Below, in pieces: positions 51,843-60,638 of a DNA stretch of 64,000 nt. Position 1 is the first letter of the stretch, and every line of letters begins with the position of its first letter. A model generated the notes under the pieces. The model saw only the letters and a program-made list of their open reading frames with translations, did no database searches and was not told the origin of the DNA. A program made the position numbers and the translations under genes. Location of the stretch: the IMG/VR virus record IMGVR_UViG_3300031963_000006, positions 151,251 through 215,250 of that record, one strand, 5' to 3'.

Positions 51843-52178
51843 TTAATTATAATAGGGTATTCTCAACGCAAACCACTTCGTGTTGTTGCGCCATTCGGTG
51901 TTTGTGACCTTCATTTGTAGTCTATTTTCAACCCATCTACCAATAACTGGTTCAGAATCATAATGTGACATAGAAAAGAAGGTGGAAATTTCTTCAATTA
52001 ATTTATAATGTACATAACACCAATTATCATTTTTATCATATTTAATTTGAGCGTATACATCATTCACTGAGTTCACGAAGTATATTTTTTCATCAAAGTT
52101 AATCTGAATAAAATCTTGGTTATCCAAATACTTAAAGATTACTTTATCAATTTGTGATTCGGTGATTAGGTATTTCAT
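51843..52178 (-). CDS. MKYLITESQ-family core paralog
   Basis: MKYLITESQIDKVIFKYLDNQDF. Confidence 0.85.
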   Translation of the reverse strand: MKYLITESQIDKVIFKYLDNQDFIQINFDEKIYFVNSVNDVYAQIKYDKNDNWCYVHYKLIEEISTFFSMSHYDSEPVIGRWVENRLQMKVTNTEWRNNTKWFALRIPYYN

Positions 52179-52486
52179 TTGATTAATATTACGTCTATTG
52201 TTATACCATAAACTTCATACGGGGGAAAACCTGTATTGGGGCTATAACCACTTGTTTTAATATCCAAATAAGTCAATATTGTTCTCCTAATCTCACGTTC
52301 AAAATTTCGTTCTTTTAATTCGTCAGGGTTATAATGGTTAGGGTTGGTTATGTATGAATCATCAATATCATAAAAATAAACATCAATTAATATCTCATCA
52401 TCATATTCACTCTTTCTAACTTTAATCTTTTCAGGTGAGTATAACGATTCAATCAACTTAACAATGGCTTTAATTTTACTGTTCAT
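52175..52486 (-). CDS. Unrelated gene inside the array, sharing the upstream TTTATATCATATG signal
   Basis: Start MNSKIK. Confidence 0.75.
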   Translation of the reverse strand: MNSKIKAIVKLIESLYSPEKIKVRKSEYDDEILIDVYFYDIDDSYITNPNHYNPDELKERNFEREIRRTILTYLDIKTSGYSPNTGFPPYEVYGITIDVILIK

Positions 52487-52496
52487 ATGATATAAA

Positions 52497-52826
52497 TTAC
52501 GACCATATACCACCGACGCGTTTCTGAGCCGCGGAGAGAGGTTTAATGTGAGACACCTCTACCTCTAAAGTTTTTTCAACCCATCTAGCGATAACTACTT
52601 TAGAATCAGATTTATCCATAGAAAAGAAGTCGGAAATTTGATTAATTACTTTGTCACTAAGCATACAAACTCCACTTTCTTTATTGTATACAATTATAGA
52701 GGTGACATCTCCCTCAGATTTTTTAAAGTATATTTTATTATCCTTTTTAACTTGAACTAATCCTTGACTATCCAAATACATGAATATAAAGTTATCCATT
52801 TGTGATTCTGTTATAATGTATTTCAT
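52497..52826 (-). CDS. MKYLITESQ-family core paralog
   Basis: MKYIITESQMDNFIFMYLD...FFSM...VIARWVE. Confidence 0.85.
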   Translation of the reverse strand: MKYIITESQMDNFIFMYLDSQGLVQVKKDNKIYFKKSEGDVTSIIVYNKESGVCMLSDKVINQISDFFSMDKSDSKVVIARWVEKTLEVEVSHIKPLSAAQKRVGGIWS

Positions 52827-52910
52827 ATGATATAAATATAATGACGCAACAAAATAACCACCTTTACTTAACGGGGGGAATTTACTATAATTAAAATAAA
52901 AAATATAGAT

Positions 52911-53540
52911 ATGAATATAATCGAATCGTTGCAGTGGAGATACGCCACAAAGAAAATGAATGGGGAGAAAATCCCACAGGATAAATTAGATAGAATATTA
53001 GAGGCAACACGACTGGCCCCGAGTTCATATGGACTAACACCATATAATGTAATCGTGGTGGAGAACCAAGAACTAAAGGAACAACTTGTTTCAGCATGTT
53101 ATGGTCAGACACAACTGGCAGATTCATCAGCGGTATTAGTATTTGCCACATGGGACACAATCAATGAAGAATCGGTGGACAAGTATATGAATGAAATTGC
53201 CACCCAAAGAGGAATCGGTGTAGATATGTTAGCTGACTTTAATGGTATGGTTAAAGGAACACTCTCATATATGAATGAAGAACAGAAAACAACATGGGCT
53301 CAGAAACAAACATATATAGGATTAGGTTTCGCATTAGTAACAGCGGCATTAGAAGAAGTAGATTCAACTCCAATGGAGGGATTCGTTCCAGCACAAGTAG
53401 ATGAAATATTAGGTCTTAAAGAGTTAGGTCTAAAGTCATCAGTACTTCTTACATTAGGATATAGAGATTCAGACAATGATTACCTATCAGCACTTAAGAA
53501 AGTAAGATGGGATAATGAGATGTTCTTTATTAGAAAATAA
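52911..53540 (+). CDS. NAD(P)H nitroreductase (NfsB-like)
   Basis: WRYATK, LAPSSYGL, DSTPMEGF, LGY; TTTACT-N17-TATAAT upstream. Confidence 0.9.
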   Translation: MNIIESLQWRYATKKMNGEKIPQDKLDRILEATRLAPSSYGLTPYNVIVVENQELKEQLVSACYGQTQLADSSAVLVFATWDTINEESVDKYMNEIATQRGIGVDMLADFNGMVKGTLSYMNEEQKTTWAQKQTYIGLGFALVTAALEEVDSTPMEGFVPAQVDEILGLKELGLKSSVLLTLGYRDSDNDYLSALKKVRWDNEMFFIRK

Positions 53541-53614
53541 TATAATATACTCACTCACTACAATGGGGACTCCTAAAGGGTCCCCTTTTTCGTTCATTCG
53601 TACATTATATTATT
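53536..53614. terminator. Terminator hairpin nested in a longer bulged inverted repeat
   Basis: Inner ggggactc/gggtcccc + T5; outer aataatataat/attatattatt. Confidence 0.7.
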
Positions 53615-53686
53615 ATACCCGATTAGTTTGATATTTAATATAATATACGTATATTTGTATATATTTATAATGTAAAGGGTATAATT

Positions 53687-54235
53687 ATGGAACAAATGAT
53701 GATTTACGGACTATATTGTCCGAATACAAATAAGCCAGTATATGTTGGGCAATCAAAGGTGGGGTTATATAGACCCTTTGCACATATAAATGAGAAGTCA
53801 CATAGTGATAAAGTAAACGAGTGGGTTAAGTTTCTAAAGAAGGATGGACAAAGTCCCGTATTAGTTATATTAGAACAAAACTTCCCAAACAAATATACAA
53901 ATGATAAGGAGTTGTTTTGGATTAATAAGTTCATCAATGACGGGAATGTATTACTAAATCAGGCGGGAATCAAACCATACTATTTCTATCACACGCAACT
54001 AAAGAACGAGAATGAGGATGATTACCTATTAGAACTCAGGAACTTTGTGAAGACGAGGAGAAAGATGTTAAAGTTAAGTCAGAAAGAACTTGCTGAAAAG
54101 TCAGGTCTCGGACTACGATTCATTAGAGAATTCGAACAGGGGACAAAGACAAACTTCCAAACTGATTCAATATATCAACTGTGTAGAATGTTCGGACGTA
54201 ATAAGATGTCAATTACATTTGTGGTAGATAATTAA
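53687..54235 (+). CDS. GIY-YIG-like domain fused to an XRE HTH
   Basis: IYGL...VYVGQS...E..WI...LLN; LSQKELAEKSGLGLRFIREFEQG. Confidence 0.8.
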   Translation: MEQMMIYGLYCPNTNKPVYVGQSKVGLYRPFAHINEKSHSDKVNEWVKFLKKDGQSPVLVILEQNFPNKYTNDKELFWINKFINDGNVLLNQAGIKPYYFYHTQLKNENEDDYLLELRNFVKTRRKMLKLSQKELAEKSGLGLRFIREFEQGTKTNFQTDSIYQLCRMFGRNKMSITFVVDN

Positions 54236-54332
54236 TAAGATAATCTCATTCCCCCCATTTTACTACGTAATCGTTCCACTCCACTATCGTTACGTTCCAC
54301 TAATGGGTTCATTCGTTTATCTTATTAATTAT
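54228..54332. repeat. Perfect 16-bp inverted repeat closing a bulged hairpin
   Basis: ataattaataagataa (54228-43) / ttatcttattaattat (54317-32); inner cccatt/aatggg. Confidence 0.8.
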
Positions 54333-55186
54333 TCCCCCATATATGAGGGACACAATGTATAGGACATATAGTAACCCATAGTGAAATAATGTGTGAGATG
54401 TATAAGATTATACTATATGGTATTATACTAATGGGTATAATTTTGGTGTGTGATTATGGTGGGAGATTACAGGTCATTAATGACAATGATTTCTCCCACA
54501 ATTTACCACACATATTATTGTCCATATGTAAGGTGTCTATGTTTAAGGGGAAGTATAATGTCCCACTAAAGTGGTTTCGTTGAAGGTCTATCCTAACACA
54601 CTACGTGTTCCCCCGCTGTATGGGGATTAATAGACATTTTTTGCTGGGTTTTATATATAGTAAAAAAAATAGTGTTCCTGACTACTACAGAGGGGGAAAA
54701 TCCCCTTTCTTATACCCTACGTGACCATTAGTGGTGGTAAATTGTGGTAAGACATGGTGGTAAAAGGTGGGAGAAATACGTCAAAAGGGATTATCCCCAT
54801 CTTAACGTTCACCTGACATTTTGACAAAATCAAGTTTTTTAACACATTTAACAATAAAAAAATGGACCTGACACTATGACAGAATTGACTTCCCCCTATT
54901 ATATCTTATCATTATAACATGTACTTAAACAAGTTTTCAACAAGTGTGGAAAAAAAGGGTGAGGACTTTATTGTGAATTATGAAGACAACACTCACTACG
55001 GACATTGTATATACAGGACAATGGAACTTACGGGAAATAAGAAACCCATCCGTCAGTCAGTACTCTTAATGACTCACTGTCAGATGGGGGGAATTATTGA
55101 TTCAATAAATAATCAAACTCCACTTACAGAAAAGGACCACGAAGGTCTATCCAAAGAGATTAGGGAACACTCACTACAGACTCTGA

Positions 55187-55582
55187 CTACTTGGCTCTCA
55201 GGTCAGAAAGAAGATAACGATTAAACTTCTTCTCAACAAACCTAGCCTCAACCTCAAAGGGGTTGTCCCAATAACCATGTGTAATAAGAGCGGGGATATA
55301 CTTGGTACGAACAGGTTGTAAGTAGTGAGTATATTCATGAATGAATGTGGAGGTTAAACGACCAACAGTCTTACACTCGGTAAGAGATACATGGATATGA
55401 TTATTGACGGGACAATAAAAACCATAGAACCCATCATCATCTTTTCCAAAGGAGTATGTGAGACCAGAGCGTTTTCTATTGTTAACCCCCATGTTCTCAT
55501 AACACCACTCAGCGCAGAACTGAAGAACTTTCTTGATTTGTTTCTTGGTTAAGGTTTCTATTGGTGTTTTGCTGTATATCAT
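55187..55582 (-). CDS. HExxH zinc-metallopeptidase-like protein
   Basis: TFIHEYTHYLQ...NPFEVEAR. Confidence 0.75.
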   Translation of the reverse strand: MIYSKTPIETLTKKQIKKVLQFCAEWCYENMGVNNRKRSGLTYSFGKDDDGFYGFYCPVNNHIHVSLTECKTVGRLTSTFIHEYTHYLQPVRTKYIPALITHGYWDNPFEVEARFVEKKFNRYLLSDLRAK

Positions 55583-55940
55583 TCTTTTTCTTTTTATAGG
55601 TGAACTTATGAACTCGTGAACTTTGGATACCATAGAACATCAGCATGGTATGTAGAAGATTATTGGGGAAAAAATAGTACATATTATTATTCCTTCTTCG
55701 GGTAATGGCCGTCTTGCTATACCAACCATTCTCTGCCATTCTTTGGTACCTTGGATTATCCTCGGTGATATCCACTTCAACATTGATTCTTGCCCAAGCA
55801 ATCTCCCCATCATTATGAGGGTATGACATCTCATGAATGGAGATAAACCTAAGGGTCCCTTTCATGCCATCACAGTCAAAGGGGAATAACTTCTTTCCCA
55901 TTGTCTCTCTAATAATCTTGGTGAGTCGTTTGTTATCCAT
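55509..55940 (-). CDS. Hypothetical protein
   Basis: TTTG...TATATTTG 4 nt before the ATG (MDNKRL). Confidence 0.7.
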   Translation of the reverse strand: MDNKRLTKIIRETMGKKLFPFDCDGMKGTLRFISIHEMSYPHNDGEIAWARINVEVDITEDNPRYQRMAENGWYSKTAITRRRNNNMYYFFPNNLLHTMLMFYGIQSSRVHKFTYKKKKNDIQQNTNRNLNQETNQESSSVLR

Positions 55941-56400
55941 GACACAAATATACGGCGACTTCCCCATTGTACAAATCTACTTATCAACAATATTATTTGT
56001 TAAATCTCTTGGAGGATATTAATCTGTGCCGTACCTTTGGTTGATGCCTTTCTGTGTGGGGGAAACAATAAAGCATCATGCTAAGTTACGACCCCCAAGG
56101 TTAACTACCAAACAATTTAACACTTATAGTTATTAACAATCCTTGTATATATCCCCATTCTGACATGACATCATTAGAGACCATTTAACAACAGGGGGGA
56201 CCCACTATGTCAGACTGTCATAATAGGTGGGGGTATGGGGTATATAGGGGGGTGGGTCCCTATAGTGGGGGTATCCCCCCTCCCCCTCCCCGTCATATTG
56301 TCAGTAAAAAGGGGGGACAATCCCTTTTGCAAAATATGGAAATAAAATTCTGGAAAAATTTTCTGGAAAATTTTGGTATTTATATGTAAAATAATACACT

Positions 56401-56739
56401 ATGAAAAAAGTTATAAGATTAACGGAGTCTGATTTAACAAAACTTGTTAAGAGGATAATTAACGAAATGGATAATGATGATTTTTATTATAAGGCAAAAC
56501 CTGATATGAATTATTATTATGATAAATTTGATAATGTGGGTCCATCTGATGATGAATTCGGTGACTATGATGTTGATGAGTATGGTGAAGACGAATTTGA
56601 AAGATTCATGTCAAAATATCCTTTTGGGGATAAACAGAATACTTTCCCTGATGATGAACATGGAAGAAGATATTTCAAGGGGTATTCCAAATCACATGGT
56701 GGTAAATTTCCTGTATATAAAAGAAAAGGTAAAATGTAA
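56401..56739 (+). CDS. Protein with an MKKVIRLTESDL leader
   Basis: TATTTAT upstream; terminator downstream (56768-56798). Confidence 0.8.
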   Translation: MKKVIRLTESDLTKLVKRIINEMDNDDFYYKAKPDMNYYYDKFDNVGPSDDEFGDYDVDEYGEDEFERFMSKYPFGDKQNTFPDDEHGRRYFKGYSKSHGGKFPVYKRKGKM

Positions 56740-56842
56740 CCCCTCCGATGATAGTATTGTCGGACTGACCCCATCTCTAATAAAGGTGGGGTTTTTTTAT
56801 TTGATATATACTTATTGGTATAAACCTTGTTATAATTTAATT

Positions 56843-57022
56843 ATGAAAAAAATACTTATATCTTTTCTTATGATTGGTTTGTTTGGATGTGCCAGTGTTA
56901 ATGGGTCCACTTGTTGTGACTCAAAGACTGAATGTGTAAAACAAACTGAGTGTTGTGGTATGGACCACTGTGATAAAACAAAATGTGAAGGACAATGTTG
57001 TGACAAATCTTGTTGCGGTTAA
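56843..57022 (+). CDS. 59-aa Cys-rich lipoprotein
   Basis: Lipobox LFGC plus 11 further Cys; terminator after the stop. Confidence 0.7.
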   Translation: MKKILISFLMIGLFGCASVNGSTCCDSKTECVKQTECCGMDHCDKTKCEGQCCDKSCCG

Positions 57023-57196
57023 TTGTTTTTTGTAAACTAATTAAACCCCATTCCAAAAAGAGTGGGGTTTTTTATTTCCCCATATATTGACCCCCTATTC
57101 TAAAATGTCCCCCAATGTAGAAAAAAAATTTCTGGAAAAATTTTGACAATTTGGGTATTATCTTATATCATTAGGTAAATTAAAAAAATACATATT

Positions 57197-57841
57197 ATGA
57201 AAAAAATTAATTATTTATTTGCGGTTGTGTTAGCAACAATGTTTTTAACGAGCTGTACTGTTTATTCAGGAACATATCAGGTTGAACTCCAAGGAGTAGA
57301 GAGTCCCGAAAATTCAGAAGAACAATTTGGTAAAACCAAAATTGTAAATCTACAAGAGGGAGGAATAACTAAATATAGTTACGAAGATAGTCTTATTAAA
57401 ATTATTTGGTTACCTGAAAGAACCCAATTTAGTTTTAACCTAACTAACAAATCAAGTCACTCAATTAGGGTAATGTGGGATGAGGCGGTTTATGTTAATG
57501 TAAATGGAGAAAGTCAAAAAGTATTTCACTCAGGGGTAAAGTTTATCGATAGAAATAATTCTCAACCTCCTACTATTGTAGTTAAAGGGGCTAGTATTTC
57601 TGATGTGGTAATCCCTACCGATAATGTTTATTATGTAAAACCAAGTCAATACTCGGCAGGCGGATGGCAAGTAAGTGGGCTATTTATAACATCTTCTTTC
57701 TCGGCTGAGGAAATGGAAAAGGCGAAATCATCTTATGTTGGAAAAACTGTCAAAGTACTATTACCAATTAGGATTGAAAATACTAATAATGAATATTTGT
57801 TTTCTTTTAAAATTGAAAACTTTAAATACAATACCAAATAA
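57197..57841 (+). CDS. Lipoprotein
   Basis: Lipobox LTSC; TTGACA-N17-TATCAT at 57143-57171. Confidence 0.8.
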   Translation: MKKINYLFAVVLATMFLTSCTVYSGTYQVELQGVESPENSEEQFGKTKIVNLQEGGITKYSYEDSLIKIIWLPERTQFSFNLTNKSSHSIRVMWDEAVYVNVNGESQKVFHSGVKFIDRNNSQPPTIVVKGASISDVVIPTDNVYYVKPSQYSAGGWQVSGLFITSSFSAEEMEKAKSSYVGKTVKVLLPIRIENTNNEYLFSFKIENFKYNTK

Positions 57842-57958
57842 ATTTAATAAGACATTAACCCCCTTTCTTTTGATTGGGGGTTTTTTATTTTCTAAAAATT
57901 TTTTCGACGGTTCCCGATTCCCCCTACCCCCTTTTTTATTTCTGATATATTTATTGAT

Positions 57959-58495
57959 ATGAAATTTATTCTTACAGAGTCACAATACGCAGGATTAATG
58001 AAACTAATCAAAAAACATGAAGACGATTTAAGTTTTTTGAAAAGTAGCGTGGTCACATCAATTGAACATGATGTAACAGATTTATTAAACTCCAAGTTTC
58101 AAGGTAGATTTGGACACTATGGTTATATGCAATACCCCTCATTTTTTATTTATCCCGAAAAATTGGCGTCCGAACTTGCGAAATATAATGTAAGGGAACC
58201 ATTTTTGGTTATTGAGTATCATGTAAAAAAATCCACAGGTAAAGTTGAAATTAACATCTTTTGGAATTCAAACATATATTTTGATTATAAAAAAGAAAAT
58301 GGTAGATGGGAAAGACATAGACAACCCAAAAATAGTATTAAGTGGGACTATATAAATAACCCTGATGGACAAGAGGAATTCTTATCTAAATTGGAAAAGA
58401 CCATTAACGGAAGAATTAGTGAAAAGGCTCAAAACAAAATTATTAATGATTTTGAAAAACTTTATTCAGGGCCATCACCTAAGTTTTTTTCCTAA
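57959..58495 (+). CDS. Protein with an MKFILTESQ leader
   Basis: TATTTAT 4 nt upstream. Confidence 0.8.
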   Translation: MKFILTESQYAGLMKLIKKHEDDLSFLKSSVVTSIEHDVTDLLNSKFQGRFGHYGYMQYPSFFIYPEKLASELAKYNVREPFLVIEYHVKKSTGKVEINIFWNSNIYFDYKKENGRWERHRQPKNSIKWDYINNPDGQEEFLSKLEKTINGRISEKAQNKIINDFEKLYSGPSPKFFS

Positions 58496-58696
58496 ATTTT
58501 TCCCTTCGGGTTGTCAATCCCCCTACCCCCTTTTTTATTTGGTCTATTTGCTTTATCTTTGCCCAAAGATTAATTAACAATATATTTATTACTATGAAAC
58601 CTGAAGAAATCAACATTCCAAAAAACTACGTAGACAAAACTGACGAGACAAGGAACAAATTGATTCGAGATATGTTTCCTATTAGTGAAAAAAAGA

Positions 58697-59803
58697 ATGA
58701 ATCTAAAACAAAGAATTAAGTTAATCTTAAATGAAGCTTTAGGAATTCCCGATGATATTGATATGATTGTCAATATCTATACGGACCTTATAATTGATAC
58801 CATTAAAAACGATATTGATAATGTTGACTCCAAAGAAGTTCAAATCAACGTTGAAGGGTATGAAGATGGGGAAGCATTCAAATATGATTTCAAAATAAGT
58901 CCAAAAGAGTCTTGGGAGTATCTTAAAAACTCACCACTTTTCAATATGGAAGATTGGAAGAAGTTTCCAACCTTCATTAATAAAATTAGTTTTTCTTTAA
59001 TTACATTCCCTGATGGAATGTTTGAAGACCGGGGAGTTACATCCCCACAGATTGAAGCAACACATATTTTCCAACCATCAACATTTCAAGTTAAACAAGT
59101 TAAGAAATGGGGTGAAGTTTATGCTATAAGTTCATATGACTTTTCAATTAATATGAAACAGTCCGACCTTGATAATATTGAGAATATTAGAACAAAACTG
59201 AAATCAGTTATCGCTCACGAAATCTTCCACTCATATCAGTTGTATAAAAAATATAAGGGTACATCTAAAGTGGGATTTGGAAAGGAGGCCGTTATGAATT
59301 CTTTCCAACAGATTTTACAGAGTCAGTGGAACCCAGAGTGGAATAACTTTATGAGGGGGATATATTATGCTTTAAGGTTTGAACAACAAGCAAGAACCCC
59401 CCAATTATACTATGAACTCAAAGACAAAGGTATAAGTTCATATGAGGATTTTATGAGAGAACTATCAAAGACAGAATATTTTAATGAGATTAATTTTTTG
59501 AGAAACTTCTCGGCTCAAAAAATGATTGATTCCATTACAAAAATTGAAAGTTTTGAGGACCTAATTTTACAAGGGGCGAAAGGTCAAGAATTTAGAGAGA
59601 ACATAGAAAATTGGAATGAATATCTTCAGATTATTGCTCGTAAGTTAAGGAATAATGGCGTTGATGTTGATAATTTCAGGGGAATAAGTAATAGAGTTAG
59701 ACAAGACCCAAGAACCTTCTTTGAATATTGGGAAAAGTTTTTTGACAAAAGAGCCGAAGAAATGTTTAGAAGAGCAACAAGGATTTACGATAAGATTAAA
59801 TAA
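58697..59803 (+). CDS. HExxH-motif protein with an ILNE leader
   Basis: IAHEIFHSYQ...FEQQAR. Confidence 0.75.
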   Translation: MNLKQRIKLILNEALGIPDDIDMIVNIYTDLIIDTIKNDIDNVDSKEVQINVEGYEDGEAFKYDFKISPKESWEYLKNSPLFNMEDWKKFPTFINKISFSLITFPDGMFEDRGVTSPQIEATHIFQPSTFQVKQVKKWGEVYAISSYDFSINMKQSDLDNIENIRTKLKSVIAHEIFHSYQLYKKYKGTSKVGFGKEAVMNSFQQILQSQWNPEWNNFMRGIYYALRFEQQARTPQLYYELKDKGISSYEDFMRELSKTEYFNEINFLRNFSAQKMIDSITKIESFEDLILQGAKGQEFRENIENWNEYLQIIARKLRNNGVDVDNFRGISNRVRQDPRTFFEYWEKFFDKRAEEMFRRATRIYDKIK

Positions 59804-59873
59804 TTTATAACATATTTCCCTTCGGGTTGTCAATCCCCCAACCCCCTTTTTTATTCCTAGTATATTTATTGAT

Positions 59874-60218
59874 ATGAATAATATTGAACAATATAGAAAA
59901 AGGTTCTTTATGTTAATGGAGTCATCAATGGGTGATGTTAAACCATTAATCTTGGAAACCAGTTTAGATTTGAATACTGCAACCATATATTGGATGAGTT
60001 GTGGAGGTGATGAAGTTGAATTAACTCCCGATTCTAAGAAACTGTTATTACCTGGTAAGGTAATAAATAATACACAATATTATTATTTTGATTCTGAACC
60101 TAATGACGCCATTGGTGAATATAAAATTATGGAATGTCTTGGACCTGAGATTGGCAAACAAGATGATTTGTATATTGATGGGGATTCGGGTAAATTATTC
60201 TTAACTAAGAATTATTAA
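59874..60218 (+). CDS. Hypothetical protein (LME...PLILE leader)
   Basis: TATTTAT 4 nt upstream. Confidence 0.75.
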   Translation: MNNIEQYRKRFFMLMESSMGDVKPLILETSLDLNTATIYWMSCGGDEVELTPDSKKLLLPGKVINNTQYYYFDSEPNDAIGEYKIMECLGPEIGKQDDLYIDGDSGKLFLTKNY

Positions 60219-60223
60219 GAGGT

Positions 60224-60499
60224 ATGGACTACATTGTAAATTACTCACAACTTGCGGCATGCATTCGTAGAAGGTTTTCTATTGAAGACATAAATCAGAT
60301 TATACGTTCAGTTAAGGAACAGATTGAAGATGGTGAGAGTGTGGACACGGCGGTGTATGATACAATCAGACATTATATCGCATTAAAACGACCTACCCGT
60401 ATTAATGACGAGGGAACCGAACAACAATATTGGGATTCTTATATCAAATATGAAATCCCCCTTGTTGAATTTGTTAAACATGTTTTGGAATTAAAATAA
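60224..60499 (+). CDS. Hypothetical protein
   Basis: MDYIVNYSQL, leader-like. Confidence 0.7.
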   Translation: MDYIVNYSQLAACIRRRFSIEDINQIIRSVKEQIEDGESVDTAVYDTIRHYIALKRPTRINDEGTEQQYWDSYIKYEIPLVEFVKHVLELK

Positions 60500-60638
60500 T
60501 TCCTAAAATTTTTCCCTTCGGGTTATCAATCCCCCTACCCCCTTTTTTTAAAAGGGTTCCCCATTGTTGAAAAAAAATTTCTGGAAAAAATTTTGGGGAA
60601 TTGGGACTTTGTGGTATCTTTGTCAAAAATTAATCACA

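Larger units (their letters stand above)
54340..56400. other. Candidate replication origin or genome-end/packaging control region
   Basis: Low coding density, iteron-like repeats, DnaA-box-like 9-mers, G/C tracts, A-tract palindromes. Confidence 0.45.

Noticed and set aside
49082-52826. Paralog array as a diversity-generating retroelement
   Set aside because: No reverse transcriptase in the window; no TR/VR pair with adenine-specific differences; variation includes indels
54389-55224. Track ORFs 54389..54583 and 54919..55224
   Set aside because: Atypical composition and overlap with repeat motifs; probably non-coding, though 54919 follows a TTGACT-N16-TATCAT and cannot be fully excluded
56207-56389. 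ORF containing GGIPPPPPR
   Set aside because: Translation of the G/C-tract element
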